Shown one piece after another: positions 41,006 through 50,449 of a stretch of 64,000 bases of DNA; position 1 is the stretch's first letter; each line of letters begins with the position of its first letter. Location of the stretch: the NCBI GenBank assembly GCA_038064835.1, contig JBBTSD010000001.1, positions 170,361 through 234,360 on the forward strand, given 5' to 3'. Source of the stretch: Patescibacteria group bacterium. Lineage in GTDB: Bacteria; Patescibacteriota; Minisyncoccia; Phycocordibacterales; UBA2100. The translations under genes and the position numbers were made by a program. The notes beneath the pieces were generated by a model. The model saw only the letters and a list, made by a program, of their open reading frames with translations. It did no database searches and was not told where the DNA came from.

Positions 41006-41896
41006 ATGAAGCGCAGTAAAGAAGCTATTGAGGCGCGTATCGCGGAAATTGAGGCCGGCATGGCCGCCCCTGATTTTTGGGCACAAAAGGACAGGGCGCA
41101 AAAGATGATGCAAGAGTACCAAGATTTAAAACTGGAACTCGCAGGCGCGGATGTTTACGACAAAGGTGGTGCCATAATTTCAATCCTGTCAGGTGCTGGT
41201 GGTGACGATGCCGAAGATTTTTCAGGCATGCTTTTCCGTATGTACATGCGCTATGCAGAAGGGCGTGGCTGGAACACATTGCTTCTAGCTCAGAACCAAA
41301 ATTCGCACGGCGGGTTTCGCAATGTGTCGTTCGAGGTGTCTGGGAAAAATGTATACAAATCACTCAAGCATGAAAACGGTGTGCATCGATTGGTGCGCAT
41401 ATCTCCCTTCAACGCACAAGGAAAGAGGCAGACCAGCTTTTCTCTGGTTGAGGTGGTTCCGATTCTGCCACCTGGAACCGCCATTGTTCTTAAGGACGAT
41501 GAAGTGGAAGTGATTTTTGCCAAGGCTGGTGGGCCGGGTGGGCAGAATGTAAACAAGAGAGAGACGGCAGTGCGTGCGACACATAAGCCAACCGGTTTTA
41601 CCGTACATGTCACAACCGAGCGCAACCAAGCGCAAAATAAAGAAAAAGCACTTGAGATGTTGCGTGGGAAGCTTTTTAAGAAACAGGAAGAAGATCGTGA
41701 CAAAGAAGCGCGAGGTCTTTCCATTTCGTCCACAACCTCGATTGAGTGGGGGAATCAGATTCGGTCCTATGTGCTCCACCCATATCAGCTGGTCAAAGAC
41801 CACCGTACCGACTCCGAGCGGTCCGATCCGGATCGGGTACTCGACGGAGATATTCAATCATTCATTGATGCGATGGAGGCACAATCTGGCCAGTAG
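41006..41896 (+). CDS. prfB: peptide chain release factor 2 (no programmed +1 frameshift site apparent; short N-terminus)
   Basis: SPF tripeptide motif (RISPFNAQG) and GGQ motif (GGPGGQNVNK). ATG at 41006 follows the sppA terminator directly, so there is no room for a short upstream frame-0 ORF. Confidence 0.85.
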   Translation: MKRSKEAIEARIAEIEAGMAAPDFWAQKDRAQKMMQEYQDLKLELAGADVYDKGGAIISILSGAGGDDAEDFSGMLFRMYMRYAEGRGWNTLLLAQNQNSHGGFRNVSFEVSGKNVYKSLKHENGVHRLVRISPFNAQGKRQTSFSLVEVVPILPPGTAIVLKDDEVEVIFAKAGGPGGQNVNKRETAVRATHKPTGFTVHVTTERNQAQNKEKALEMLRGKLFKKQEEDRDKEARGLSISSTTSIEWGNQIRSYVLHPYQLVKDHRTDSERSDPDRVLDGDIQSFIDAMEAQSGQ

Positions 41897-41941
41897 CGAT
41901 TTTTCCACACATACAAGGTGTAGTGGTATACTAAAAGGCGC

Positions 41942-42622
41942 ATGATCCATTTCAGTCAGGTTACAAAGCATTACAGCACCGGTCGTCCGGCGCTTTCAGA
42001 CATCTCCTTTAAGATCGAGCCAGGCGAATTCGTCTCGATTGTGGGGCATTCAGGTGCTGGTAAAACCACCCTGCTCAAGCTCCTTTTTGCCGAAGAGTCC
42101 CCATCTGAAGGTTCGGTATTTTTCCGCGAGCGAGCGCTCGCGGATCTGCTCCCGCGAGAGCTAACCCAGCTACGCCGCCAAATGGGCATGGTATTTCAGG
42201 ACTTCCGCCTCCTTTCTACAAAAAATGTGTATGAAAATATTGCCTTCGCGATGGAAGCCGCTGGCCGTTCCGATGAAGACATTAAAGCTGATGTACCCTA
42301 TGTGCTCGAACTCGTTGACTTGGCAGAAAAGATGTGGAATTTTCCGCACGAATTGTCTGGTGGAGAGCAGCAACGGATTGCGATTGCACGCGCCATAGTC
42401 AATCAGCCCGATGTATTGATTGCTGACGAGCCCACAGGGAACCTTGACCCCATTAACACCTATGAAGTCGTGCAGATTTTGAAAAAGATTAACGACTTGG
42501 GTACCACCGTCCTCCTCACGACTCATAATCGTGGGGTCGTTGATTCCGTAGGGCGTCGGGTAGTCACCCTCGATCAGGGCAGAATCATCCGCGATGACCC
42601 CAGCGGTAAATACAGTCTTTAG
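41942..42622 (+). CDS. ftsE: cell-division ABC ATPase FtsE
   Basis: Walker A GHSGAGKTT, ABC signature LSGGEQQR, Walker B VLIADEPT. Confidence 0.95.
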   Translation: MIHFSQVTKHYSTGRPALSDISFKIEPGEFVSIVGHSGAGKTTLLKLLFAEESPSEGSVFFRERALADLLPRELTQLRRQMGMVFQDFRLLSTKNVYENIAFAMEAAGRSDEDIKADVPYVLELVDLAEKMWNFPHELSGGEQQRIAIARAIVNQPDVLIADEPTGNLDPINTYEVVQILKKINDLGTTVLLTTHNRGVVDSVGRRVVTLDQGRIIRDDPSGKYSL

Positions 42623-42801
42623 TACTCCCTCAAATTAATTTAACACCCATTATGTACCAAAAATTGTGGCTACACCTTGTTTCGAAACCCTCTCTGATGC
42701 TTTGGCATCAGTTCGGATTTCTCAACTTCGGCTCGCTCACAATTTTAGGCACCTCTGGGCGCGAAATTAACTTAAGGGAGTACTGGTGCTAGAATGAATC
42801 T

Positions 42802-43734
42802 ATGAATTTTTGGATGGGAATCAAACGAGTGAGCAGATACGGCATGGTTGGATTTTTCCGCAACGGCTTTGTCTCGCTCTCCGCAATTCTTATCATGACC
42901 ATTACACTGTTTGTCATCGCAAGTCTCGTGGTGGGCGGAGCCGCATTGCAATCAACGCTTAAGGGCCTCACTGAAAAAGTAGACATCAATGTGTATTTTC
43001 TAGCCGAAGCCACTGAAGAGCAGATTCTCGACCTCAAGAAATCGATTGAAACGCTTCCTGAGGTGGCGACAGTGCAGTATGTGTCGCGTGGGGATGTGCT
43101 CACGCGATTTCAAGACCGTCATAAAAACAATTCCCTGATGCTTCAAGGAATTGACGAATTAGGACAAAATCCTTTCGGTGCATCCCTCGCGATTCAGGCA
43201 AAAGAAACCAGTCAATATGAATCCATTGCAAAGTTCCTCGATAGCACCCCTGCCGCTGGAGCAGAGGGCTCTGCGCGCATTATCGAAGATGTGAACTTTG
43301 GTAAGAATCGTGAGACCATCGATCGTTTGACAAACATCATCGCTACGCTACGAAAGCTCAGTATGGCCATAGCTATATTCTTTGGCATTGCGTCAATACT
43401 CATTGCGTTCAACACGATTCGACTAGTGATTTACACCTCAAAGGATGAAATTGGAGTAATGCGATTGGTAGGTGCAGAACGATGGTATGTGCGCGGACCG
43501 TTCATGATTACGGGGGTGCTCTATGGCCTCACGGCAGGCACTCTAGTGCTCTTGGTGCTCTATCCACTTTCATATTGGCTTGCTGCTGACTCTGAAAAAT
43601 TCCTCATCTATTTCAATACCCTTACTTATTTTACCTCCCACTTCGCATACATCTTTTTAGTAGTCATGGGCACGGGAGTACTTCTCGGTGCCATATCTAG
43701 TTTCTTGGCGGTTCGCCGCTACCTTACTCACTGA
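42802..43734 (+). CDS. ftsX: cell-division permease FtsX
   Basis: 310 aa. TM1, large periplasmic domain, three C-terminal TM helices. Position after ftsE. Confidence 0.85.
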   Translation: MNFWMGIKRVSRYGMVGFFRNGFVSLSAILIMTITLFVIASLVVGGAALQSTLKGLTEKVDINVYFLAEATEEQILDLKKSIETLPEVATVQYVSRGDVLTRFQDRHKNNSLMLQGIDELGQNPFGASLAIQAKETSQYESIAKFLDSTPAAGAEGSARIIEDVNFGKNRETIDRLTNIIATLRKLSMAIAIFFGIASILIAFNTIRLVIYTSKDEIGVMRLVGAERWYVRGPFMITGVLYGLTAGTLVLLVLYPLSYWLAADSEKFLIYFNTLTYFTSHFAYIFLVVMGTGVLLGAISSFLAVRRYLTH

Positions 43735-43744
43735 CACAACCCTT

Positions 43745-45388
43745 ATGAAAAATTCGCGTGCGCACAAATATATTTTCGTTCTCGGCGGGGTAATGTCGGG
43801 TGTAGGCAAGGGAGTTACTACATCCACAATCGGACTCATTCTCAAGGCACGGGGCTTTACGGTGACAGCCCTCAAAATAGACCCCTATATTAATGTGGAC
43901 GCAGGTACTATGAATCCCACCGAGCACGGGGAAGTATTCGTGCTTAATGACGGCGACGAAACAGACCAAGACATGGGCAACTACGAACGGTTTCTCGGTG
44001 TTGATTTGTCACGGACCAACTACATGACGACGGGGCGTGTATATCAGACGGTCATAGAAAAGGAACGCAATCTTGAGTATAAAGGAAAATGCGTTGAGGT
44101 GGTGCCGCACATTCCTCTCGAAGTCATTCGCCGCATCGAACACGCTGCAAAGGAGGCGAATGCAGACATAACCATTGTAGAGATTGGGGGGACTGTTGGC
44201 GAGTATCAAAACATCCTATTTCTCGAAGCGGCACGCATGCTCAAGTTTAAATACCCGCACGACATCGCGTTCGTTATGGTGAGCTATCTCCCCATCCCTT
44301 CGAAAATCGGTGAAATGAAGACCAAGCCTACACAGTATGCTGTGCGTACTTTGAATGGCACAGGTATACATCCAGATTTTATCATAGCTCGTTCCGAACG
44401 GGCGCTTGATCAGAAAAGGAAAGAGAAGCTTGGTGTCTTTTGCACTATTTCCGAAGACCATGTCATCTCGGCGCCCGATGTAGACTCTGTATACGATGTG
44501 CCGATGAACTTTGAGCGGGACCGACTATCGACCAGCCTCTTGAAAACACTCGGGCTTACACCAAAGAAACCGTCCAATCTTTCTGCGTGGAAGAAGTTTG
44601 CAGCAAAGGCTCATAACGGTCACACAAAAGTGAAGATAGGTATCGTCGGTAAATACTTTGGTTCAGGTGATTTTGTACTTTCAGACGCGTATCTTTCAGT
44701 AATCGAAGCACTAAAGTATTCCGCGTACGCTATTGGTGTAAAGCCAGAGCTTACTTGGCTTAACGCCGCTGACTATACAGACGGAAAGCGAGTGAAGGAG
44801 CTTGAGCAATATCACGGACTTCTTGTGCCTGGTGGATTTGGCGAAACAGGTATAGAAGGGAAAATTCGCGCAATTCAGTATGCACGCGAGAAAAAGATTC
44901 CCTACTTTGGCCTCTGTTATGGTATGCAACTGATGGTGGTTGAATATGCGCGGAATGTTGCAAAGCTCAAGGGTGCGCACACCGTAGAAATCAATCCAAA
45001 AACTCTGCATCCGGTGATTGATGTGATGCCCGATCAGAAAGATAAAATCGCATCAAAGCGCTATGGTGGTACCATGCGCCTTGGCAGCTACCCGGCATAT
45101 CTGAAGCAGGGCACTATCGCGCGTGAATCCTACGGAAGTGAGCTCGTCCACGAAAGGCATCGGCATCGCTACGAAGTGAATCCGCTCTATGTTGAGCGTC
45201 TCGAGAAAGCAGGCATGGTGTTTTCAGGTATTTCTCCCACCAAAGAGTTGATGGAAATCGCCGAGCTTCCTGCCGACAAGCACCCATTCATGCTGGGTAC
45301 GCAGTTCCATCCTGAATTTCTCGCGCGCCCGCTTGCACCGCACCCTCTCTTCACTTCATTTATGAAGGCGGCAGGGAAACGGGTATGA
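43745..45388 (+). CDS. pyrG: CTP synthase
   Basis: N-terminal synthetase domain (YIFVLGGVMSGVGKG) and C-terminal glutaminase domain with catalytic Cys (GLCYGMQ). Confidence 0.95.
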   Translation: MKNSRAHKYIFVLGGVMSGVGKGVTTSTIGLILKARGFTVTALKIDPYINVDAGTMNPTEHGEVFVLNDGDETDQDMGNYERFLGVDLSRTNYMTTGRVYQTVIEKERNLEYKGKCVEVVPHIPLEVIRRIEHAAKEANADITIVEIGGTVGEYQNILFLEAARMLKFKYPHDIAFVMVSYLPIPSKIGEMKTKPTQYAVRTLNGTGIHPDFIIARSERALDQKRKEKLGVFCTISEDHVISAPDVDSVYDVPMNFERDRLSTSLLKTLGLTPKKPSNLSAWKKFAAKAHNGHTKVKIGIVGKYFGSGDFVLSDAYLSVIEALKYSAYAIGVKPELTWLNAADYTDGKRVKELEQYHGLLVPGGFGETGIEGKIRAIQYAREKKIPYFGLCYGMQLMVVEYARNVAKLKGAHTVEINPKTLHPVIDVMPDQKDKIASKRYGGTMRLGSYPAYLKQGTIARESYGSELVHERHRHRYEVNPLYVERLEKAGMVFSGISPTKELMEIAELPADKHPFMLGTQFHPEFLARPLAPHPLFTSFMKAAGKRV

Positions 45389-45684
45389 ACAAAGAACAGA
45401 AAGCGCTCGATGCTTGGTATCGAAAAATAAAGTGGCCGTATTGGGCGCCCGAGTGGGTGCTGGCACGACTTACCGAAGAAGTGGGGGAATTCGCACGAGC
45501 TATCAATCATGAATACGGCCCCAAAAAGCGCAAGACAGAAGAGGGGAGTCAAGAGATAGAAGCAGAGCTGGGGGATATCCTCTTTACGCTCGCATGCTAT
45601 GCAAACCAGAAAGGTATAAACTTAGACACAGCACTTGCGAATAGTTTAAAAAAAGTAAAAGAGCGTGATAAGAATAGATTTTAA
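45385..45684 (+). CDS. MazG-like nucleotide pyrophosphohydrolase domain protein
   Basis: 99 aa. EExGE...E..D metal-binding pattern (LTEEVGEFARAI ... EAELGDILFTLA). Confidence 0.65.
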   Translation: MNKEQKALDAWYRKIKWPYWAPEWVLARLTEEVGEFARAINHEYGPKKRKTEEGSQEIEAELGDILFTLACYANQKGINLDTALANSLKKVKERDKNRF

Positions 45685-45686
45685 GT

Positions 45687-46202
45687 ATGATGAAATCGTT
45701 TTGGGACTGGTACGAACGGACATACACCCTCAATCTCTCGATAGCACTTGGCCTGTTCCTATTGCAGATTGTGCACCTGATCTGGCTCTTTGGTGCCGTG
45801 GTGTGGACGAATGCATTTGGTGCCCCGCTGTTTGAATTGACGGGTATCTGGCAGACCATCATAGTCTTTGTCGATTATACGGAAATCCCCGCACTCCTCT
45901 CGGTGTCACTGATTTATATACACGAGCTCAGGAGTGGCTGGCGTCCTAAAACTGCACTCTACCTCGGTTTGCTCTTGGTGCAGTTGCTACATATGTTTTG
46001 GATTACCGATGAATTCGTCCTCGATGTATTCATCGCCAGTGGGCACGGCACAGTGCTTCCCGCGTGGCTTGCATGGGTAGCGATCCTTATTGATTACCTA
46101 GAAGTCCCTGTCATATTCGATGCCACACGCAGATTGATGGTCGCGCTCAAAGAGAAAAAAGGACTTGCTGGCGTAAAAGATGCGCTGAAGGAGGATGAAT
46201 AG
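45687..46202 (+). CDS. hypothetical membrane protein (4 TM)
   Basis: 171 aa, hydrophobic helices. No motif. Confidence 0.45.
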   Translation: MMKSFWDWYERTYTLNLSIALGLFLLQIVHLIWLFGAVVWTNAFGAPLFELTGIWQTIIVFVDYTEIPALLSVSLIYIHELRSGWRPKTALYLGLLLVQLLHMFWITDEFVLDVFIASGHGTVLPAWLAWVAILIDYLEVPVIFDATRRLMVALKEKKGLAGVKDALKEDE

Positions 46203-46734
46203 TATGGAAATTGCCGTATTTGGGGGCGGATGTTTTTGGTGCACCGAAGCGACCTTTAAAATGCTCAAGGGTGTCTCTGCCGTTACGCCGGGGTACACTG
46301 GAGGCACTACCGACAACCCCACCTATGATGCCGTGAGTAGTGGCCGCAGTGGACACGCCGAAGTGATTCGCATCGAATTTGATCCCGAGAAAATTGCGTT
46401 CACAGACCTACTCACTGTTTTCTTTGCCACCCACGATCCGACGACGCCAAACAGGCAAGGGGCCGATGTGGGTACGCAGTATCGCTCTGCTGTCTTCTTC
46501 ACAACACCTGCACAGAAAAAAGAAACAGAAGCTTTTATTGCTGATCTGCAGAAAGAAGGTGTCGCGGTGGTGACCGAAGTTGCGTCGCTCGGCATATTTA
46601 CCGAAGCCGAGGAGTATCACAAAGACTACTTTGCGAAAAACGCCACCGCAGGATACTGCCAAATAGTTATCGCACCCAAGGTAGAGAAAGTGCAAAAACG
46701 CTTCGCACAACTCTTGAAGGAAGGCAGTGTGTGA
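46195..46734 (+). CDS. msrA: peptide methionine-S-sulfoxide reductase MsrA
   Basis: GCFWC active-site motif close to the N-terminus. An alternative ATG at 46204 removes the 8-nt overlap with the upstream gene. Confidence 0.9.
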   Translation: MNSMEIAVFGGGCFWCTEATFKMLKGVSAVTPGYTGGTTDNPTYDAVSSGRSGHAEVIRIEFDPEKIAFTDLLTVFFATHDPTTPNRQGADVGTQYRSAVFFTTPAQKKETEAFIADLQKEGVAVVTEVASLGIFTEAEEYHKDYFAKNATAGYCQIVIAPKVEKVQKRFAQLLKEGSV

Positions 46735-46770
46735 TAGACTTAATGTATTAGTAGCTAGCTCTCAGAATAT

Positions 46771-47322
46771 ATGAAACCACTTAGAATAGTGGGGCTTGTT
46801 GGAAGCCTCAGACAAGGATCGCTCAACAGGATGCTTATGAATGCCCTTGTCGCACGCGCGCCCGAAGGAATGAATATTACCGTGCTCGAAATCGGCGATC
46901 TCCCACATTTCAACGGCGATCTCGAGACAATACCTCCAGCAACAGTTGTCAGTGCGCGCGAAGCGGTAAAGGCAAGCGACGGTGTCCTTTTCGTCACTCC
47001 GGAATACAACCGCTCGTTCCCAGGTGTTCTAAAGAATGCAATCGACTGGCTTTCTCGTCCGTATGGGGCGAACACTCTTGCGGGTAAGCCGGTGTTGGTC
47101 ACTGGGGCAACAGGTGGTGCTGTCGGTACAGCGCTCGCTCAGTATCACCTCAAGCAGGTGCTCTTGTATCTGGATACACATATCCTCGGTCAGCCAGAGC
47201 TTTTTGTTGGAAGTGCTGAGAAGAAATTCACTGATGGCGAGCTTACCGACACAGATACGGCAGAACACCTGACAAAGGCACTCGCTTTGTTTGCCGTACA
47301 TGCACAGAAATTCCAGGTGTAG
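46771..47322 (+). CDS. NADPH-dependent FMN reductase family protein
   Basis: 183 aa. Flavodoxin-like N-terminus (IVGLVGSLRQGSLN) and FMN_red-typical TPEYNRSFPG segment. Confidence 0.8.
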   Translation: MKPLRIVGLVGSLRQGSLNRMLMNALVARAPEGMNITVLEIGDLPHFNGDLETIPPATVVSAREAVKASDGVLFVTPEYNRSFPGVLKNAIDWLSRPYGANTLAGKPVLVTGATGGAVGTALAQYHLKQVLLYLDTHILGQPELFVGSAEKKFTDGELTDTDTAEHLTKALALFAVHAQKFQV

Positions 47323-47378
47323 CTTTTTCAAGCACCTTGCACATTTGCTTTCGCAGATAATGAGGTCACAATAAAAAG

Positions 47379-48362
47379 ATGTTTGTGCGACTACTTGTTG
47401 CGGTTGGTGCGCTCTCGCTTCCTGTGATGGCACAGGCACACACCCGCTGGTTTTCTGACAGTTCGATAATGCCCTATATCACCACCGAGCCGACAAGCCT
47501 CTATCTCACTATCTGGGCAATCATTGCCGCGGTCGTTGTTGCTGTTGCTGTGTATTTTGAAAGACATCGCGTGCTTGCTCTCGACTTTCTCGAGCCGCCT
47601 GGATCGCATGCATTCGAGCGCGCCGCGTCCACCTTTACAATGGTCACGGGGGCATTTTTTGTTATTGCGGGCACACATGAATATCTCTTCTCTCCCAACC
47701 TGACGACCGATGCTGGGATACCGATGATTTTTGTGTTTGCACAAATTTTTATCGGGCTCGCCTTTTTGGTGGGGCTGTATCCGCGCATTGCCGCTGTCGG
47801 GCTCGCCACCTTGTGGGGCGCGACCTTTCTCTATACCGATGTCGTGTCCTTGCTTGAGAATGTGTGGGTACTCTCGACTGCTGTATTTGTGTTTGTGGCA
47901 GGGAATGACTACTTCTCCTTTATGGCGATCAAGTCGTTCGACAAGTGGGCAAAGCAATTTCGTTGCTACGGTCTCTCTATTTTACGCTGGGGTACAGGAG
48001 GAACTTTGTTGGTTCTTGGGTTCTCTGAAAAGATTTTACATCCCGAACTGGGAGTGCACTTCCTCTCACTCCACCCGTGGAACTTTATGCAGCTCGTTGG
48101 GCTCCCTTATTCAGATTACCTGTTCACTTTGTCCGCAGGGTCGGTCGAAGCGCTCTTCGGTCTTATTTTCATTCTCGGTGTTGCTACTCGTTTGAATGCG
48201 CTTGTGTTGGCACTCTTCTTTACGACACCGCTCTTTATCCTCGGCCCTATCGAACTTGCGGGGCACTTGCCACATTTCGCCGCTGTAGTCCTTCTCTTGT
48301 TATTTGGTTCCGGTGGGTACTTCAAAATCGCACATCCAGTGTCCGCGCATCGCAGGCGCTAA
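47379..48362 (+). CDS. hypothetical polytopic membrane protein with signal peptide
   Basis: 327 aa, cleavable-looking N-terminus (LPVMAQA|HT), about 8 TM. Confidence 0.5.
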   Translation: MFVRLLVAVGALSLPVMAQAHTRWFSDSSIMPYITTEPTSLYLTIWAIIAAVVVAVAVYFERHRVLALDFLEPPGSHAFERAASTFTMVTGAFFVIAGTHEYLFSPNLTTDAGIPMIFVFAQIFIGLAFLVGLYPRIAAVGLATLWGATFLYTDVVSLLENVWVLSTAVFVFVAGNDYFSFMAIKSFDKWAKQFRCYGLSILRWGTGGTLLVLGFSEKILHPELGVHFLSLHPWNFMQLVGLPYSDYLFTLSAGSVEALFGLIFILGVATRLNALVLALFFTTPLFILGPIELAGHLPHFAAVVLLLLFGSGGYFKIAHPVSAHRRR

Positions 48363-48468
48363 TGGGGGCGTCAGAGGTAACCCCGCACCCCCTGGGTAGG
48401 GAGTCGCTGTGAGAACTTACGCTGGGGGCACTGGAAAGAGCGCCTGATTTTGGTAGAATGCGCCCTAT

Positions 48469-48539
48469 TGCCAGATCGTCTAATGGTAGGACTTCAGATT
48501 CTGGATCTGAATATCTTGGTTCGAGTCCAAGTCTGGCAG
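48469..48539 (+). tRNA. tRNA-Gln (CTG), U1:A72 as typical for bacterial tRNA-Gln
   Basis: Acceptor TGCCAGA/TCTGGCA; D-stem GTCT/GGAC; anticodon stem TCAGA/TCTGA with loop TTCTGGA; T-stem CTTGG/CCAAG with loop TTCGAGT; discriminator G. Confidence 0.8.
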
Positions 48540-48550
48540 CTAATCGTAGT

Positions 48551-48907
48551 ATGCAATCAATCTCACTTGACCTCGCAAAGCAACTTCTCGGCAAAGAAGT
48601 GGAAGTGACGATGGATCGGCCGCTGGGTACTAAACATCCCAAACATGGATTCGTGTATGAGGCCAACTATGGCTTTATCGCGGGCGTAAAGGCTCCCGAT
48701 GGAGAAGATCTGGATGCCTATTATTTGGGAGTGAGTGAGCCACTGGAAAAAGCAAAAGGCGTTTGCATAGCCATTGTTCACCGATTTGATAACGACGATG
48801 ACAAGTTGGTGGTAGTGCCTGCCGGAACGCAACTGACTGATGAGGAGATTCGCTCGCAGGTGCACTTTCAGGAACAGTGGTTTAAGAGTGAAGTTTTGCG
48901 GAAATAA
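48551..48907 (+). CDS. hypothetical protein (faint inorganic-pyrophosphatase-like D-G-E-D-L-D segment), first cassette of the island
   Basis: 118 aa from ATG 48551, immediately after tRNA-Gln. The upstream part of ORF 48458.. overlaps the tRNA and was ignored. Confidence 0.45.
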   Translation: MQSISLDLAKQLLGKEVEVTMDRPLGTKHPKHGFVYEANYGFIAGVKAPDGEDLDAYYLGVSEPLEKAKGVCIAIVHRFDNDDDKLVVVPAGTQLTDEEIRSQVHFQEQWFKSEVLRK

Positions 48908-48908
48908 G

Positions 48909-48938
48909 TTCAATGTCGTCCAAGACAGCCAGCAAGTG
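48909..48938 (+). repeat. island repeat copy 1 (consensus AGTTCCAATGTCGYCCAAGACAGCCAG), directly after a stop codon
   Basis: AGTTCAATGTCGTCCAAGACAGCCAGCAAG begins 2 nt after the stop of gene 48551..48907. Confidence 0.6.
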
Positions 48939-48998
48939 ATTTTAGCCCTACTTCGCAAGTGAACATGGTTCGAGTCCTGAGTTTGTTATAATCTAGAC

Positions 48999-49433
48999 AT
49001 GCGGAAGAATCCTCAAGAATTTGACTGGGGTACGGTTGGACTAAATTTTGGAAACTGGGATGAGAAGAAAATTTGGGCGCTCAACATTCCCGAATCCACG
49101 CTAGATATATCTGAGTTAGAATGGCACTTGGACTGTCCATTTTGGGAAAACGACAGCGGAGTGGAATATTCCGTAACTCCTCGTGAAGTACTAGAAAAAA
49201 TTTCAGGAACAACTAACGAACAAGAAAAAGTCGAAAACGCAGACACTAAGCACCCCATTGATATTTACTTTAACAAGAACAAGTGGCTCGTTCTCGATGG
49301 AATTCACAGGCTTGCAAAACTCTATGCTGCCGGGGCAGAAAGAGTGAGGGTAAGAATTATTACTGCAGACACCCTGCCTCTAGTTTCAACAGGTGAACCC
49401 ATTGAAATGCCAACATGGTGGAATAAGTCTTAG
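48999..49433 (+). CDS. ParB/Srx-fold nuclease-like domain protein (LVLDGIHRLAKL motif)
   Basis: 144 aa. D-G-x-H-R motif in a beta-strand/helix context typical of ParB-like N-terminal domains. AT-rich codon usage relative to the core genome. Confidence 0.5.
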   Translation: MRKNPQEFDWGTVGLNFGNWDEKKIWALNIPESTLDISELEWHLDCPFWENDSGVEYSVTPREVLEKISGTTNEQEKVENADTKHPIDIYFNKNKWLVLDGIHRLAKLYAAGAERVRVRIITADTLPLVSTGEPIEMPTWWNKS

Positions 49434-49439
49434 TCAATA

Positions 49440-49470
49440 AAGTTCCAATGTCGCCCCAAACAGCCAGTTC
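49440..49470 (+). repeat. island repeat copy 2
   Basis: AGTTCCAATGTCGCCCCAAACAGCCAGTTC begins 7 nt after the stop of gene 48999..49433. Its CCAAACAGCC segment can pair with GGCTGTTTTGG about 40 nt downstream (49498-49508). Confidence 0.6.
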
Positions 49471-49557
49471 ATAAAATTCGGCTTAATGGAAAAATGTGAG
49501 GCTGTTTTGGCGTAGAATGCTTTGTATAGCAACAAGAAATAGCTAATCAAGGTATGA

Positions 49558-49875
49558 TTTCAAAAAAAGTGCCCGAAATGCAGCTCTAGTAAGACGAAAA
49601 GGAACGGTCATTTTCGCGGTACACAACGATACAAGTGCCGCGATTGCAGTGCGCAGTTTGTCCACGACACTTCAGTGAGCGCGAAGACGCTCTGGCAGCA
49701 CTTTGCATACGAACATGCGACCGCTCCGGTGTTGGCAAAGCGATATCATAAGAGCGCGCGATGGGTGCGAGACCGGCTCGACGAGTACGAGCTACCAGTG
49801 CGTGTGCCGAATCCTCGTGAGATAGTCGCGGTCGCTGAAGCCACCTGGATCCACGGTTCGTGGATGCTCGTTTAA
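49558..49875 (+). pseudogene. IS1 / IS1595-type transposase N-terminal fragment (zinc ribbon + HTH), truncated, no in-frame start
   Basis: Frame translation reads FQKKCPKCSSSKTKRNGHFRGTQRYKCRDCSAQF... and stops after about 105 aa. The only ATG (49554) is in another frame, across an A7 run (TCAAAAAAAG). Confidence 0.55.
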
Positions 49876-50112
49876 CTCCCTCGACGGCTTTTTCAAGAAG
49901 GTGAAGACGGGCGATCAGCATCCATGCAGGACTGACGCACGCACGCAAATTGAAACTCATTACATCATTATTTTATCCGCTTGCATAGCCTCACATTTTT
50001 CCATTAAGCCTAAAATTCAAAAACCAGCGCATTGCGCTGGTTGTGGCGTAAGTCAGCGGAGAAGTGCTTCGCGAACCTCTCGCCAAGATTGCACCTGTCG
50101 AGGAGGAAAGGT

Positions 50113-50231
50113 GACAGGCAGAATTAAATAGACAATCGCAAGGTATAGCGCTACGCAGAGAATGGGCAGAGAATGGGGACAACAGAGAATGGGGACAGGC
50201 ACAATTAAATAGACAACCGCATGGTATAGCG
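50113..50231. repeat. pair of ~38-bp imperfect direct repeats flanking three tandem AGAGAATGGGGA-like units
   Basis: GACAGGCAGAATTAAATAGACAATCGCAAGGTATAGCG (50113-50150) versus GACAGGCACAATTAAATAGACAACCGCATGGTATAGCG (50194-50231). Between them: CAGAGAATGGG CAGAGAATGGGGA CAACAGAGAATGGGGA. An inverted partial copy TGTCCCCGTTGTCCCC lies at 50376-50392. Confidence 0.55.
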
Positions 50232-50449
50232 TTGCCGTGGGTCGCGTTGCCCGGGTCGATTTTGACGATGCTACTTGGGCGACACAGATGGTCGATACAT
50301 ACCATCTGGATGCGACAGCTCGAAGTCCTGGAAGACCGAAAGCAGATTAGGCATAGAATTAAAAAAGAATTGTGTCTGTCCCCGTTGTCCCCCTACACTT
50401 GTTGTACCCCATTTGCCAATACCCGCCATCCGCGATACTATATTTACAC

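Noticed and set aside
49586-49960. 124-aa minus-strand ORF overlapping the transposase remnant
   Set aside because: It lies antisense to a frame with clear zinc-ribbon/HTH content and has no motif of its own.
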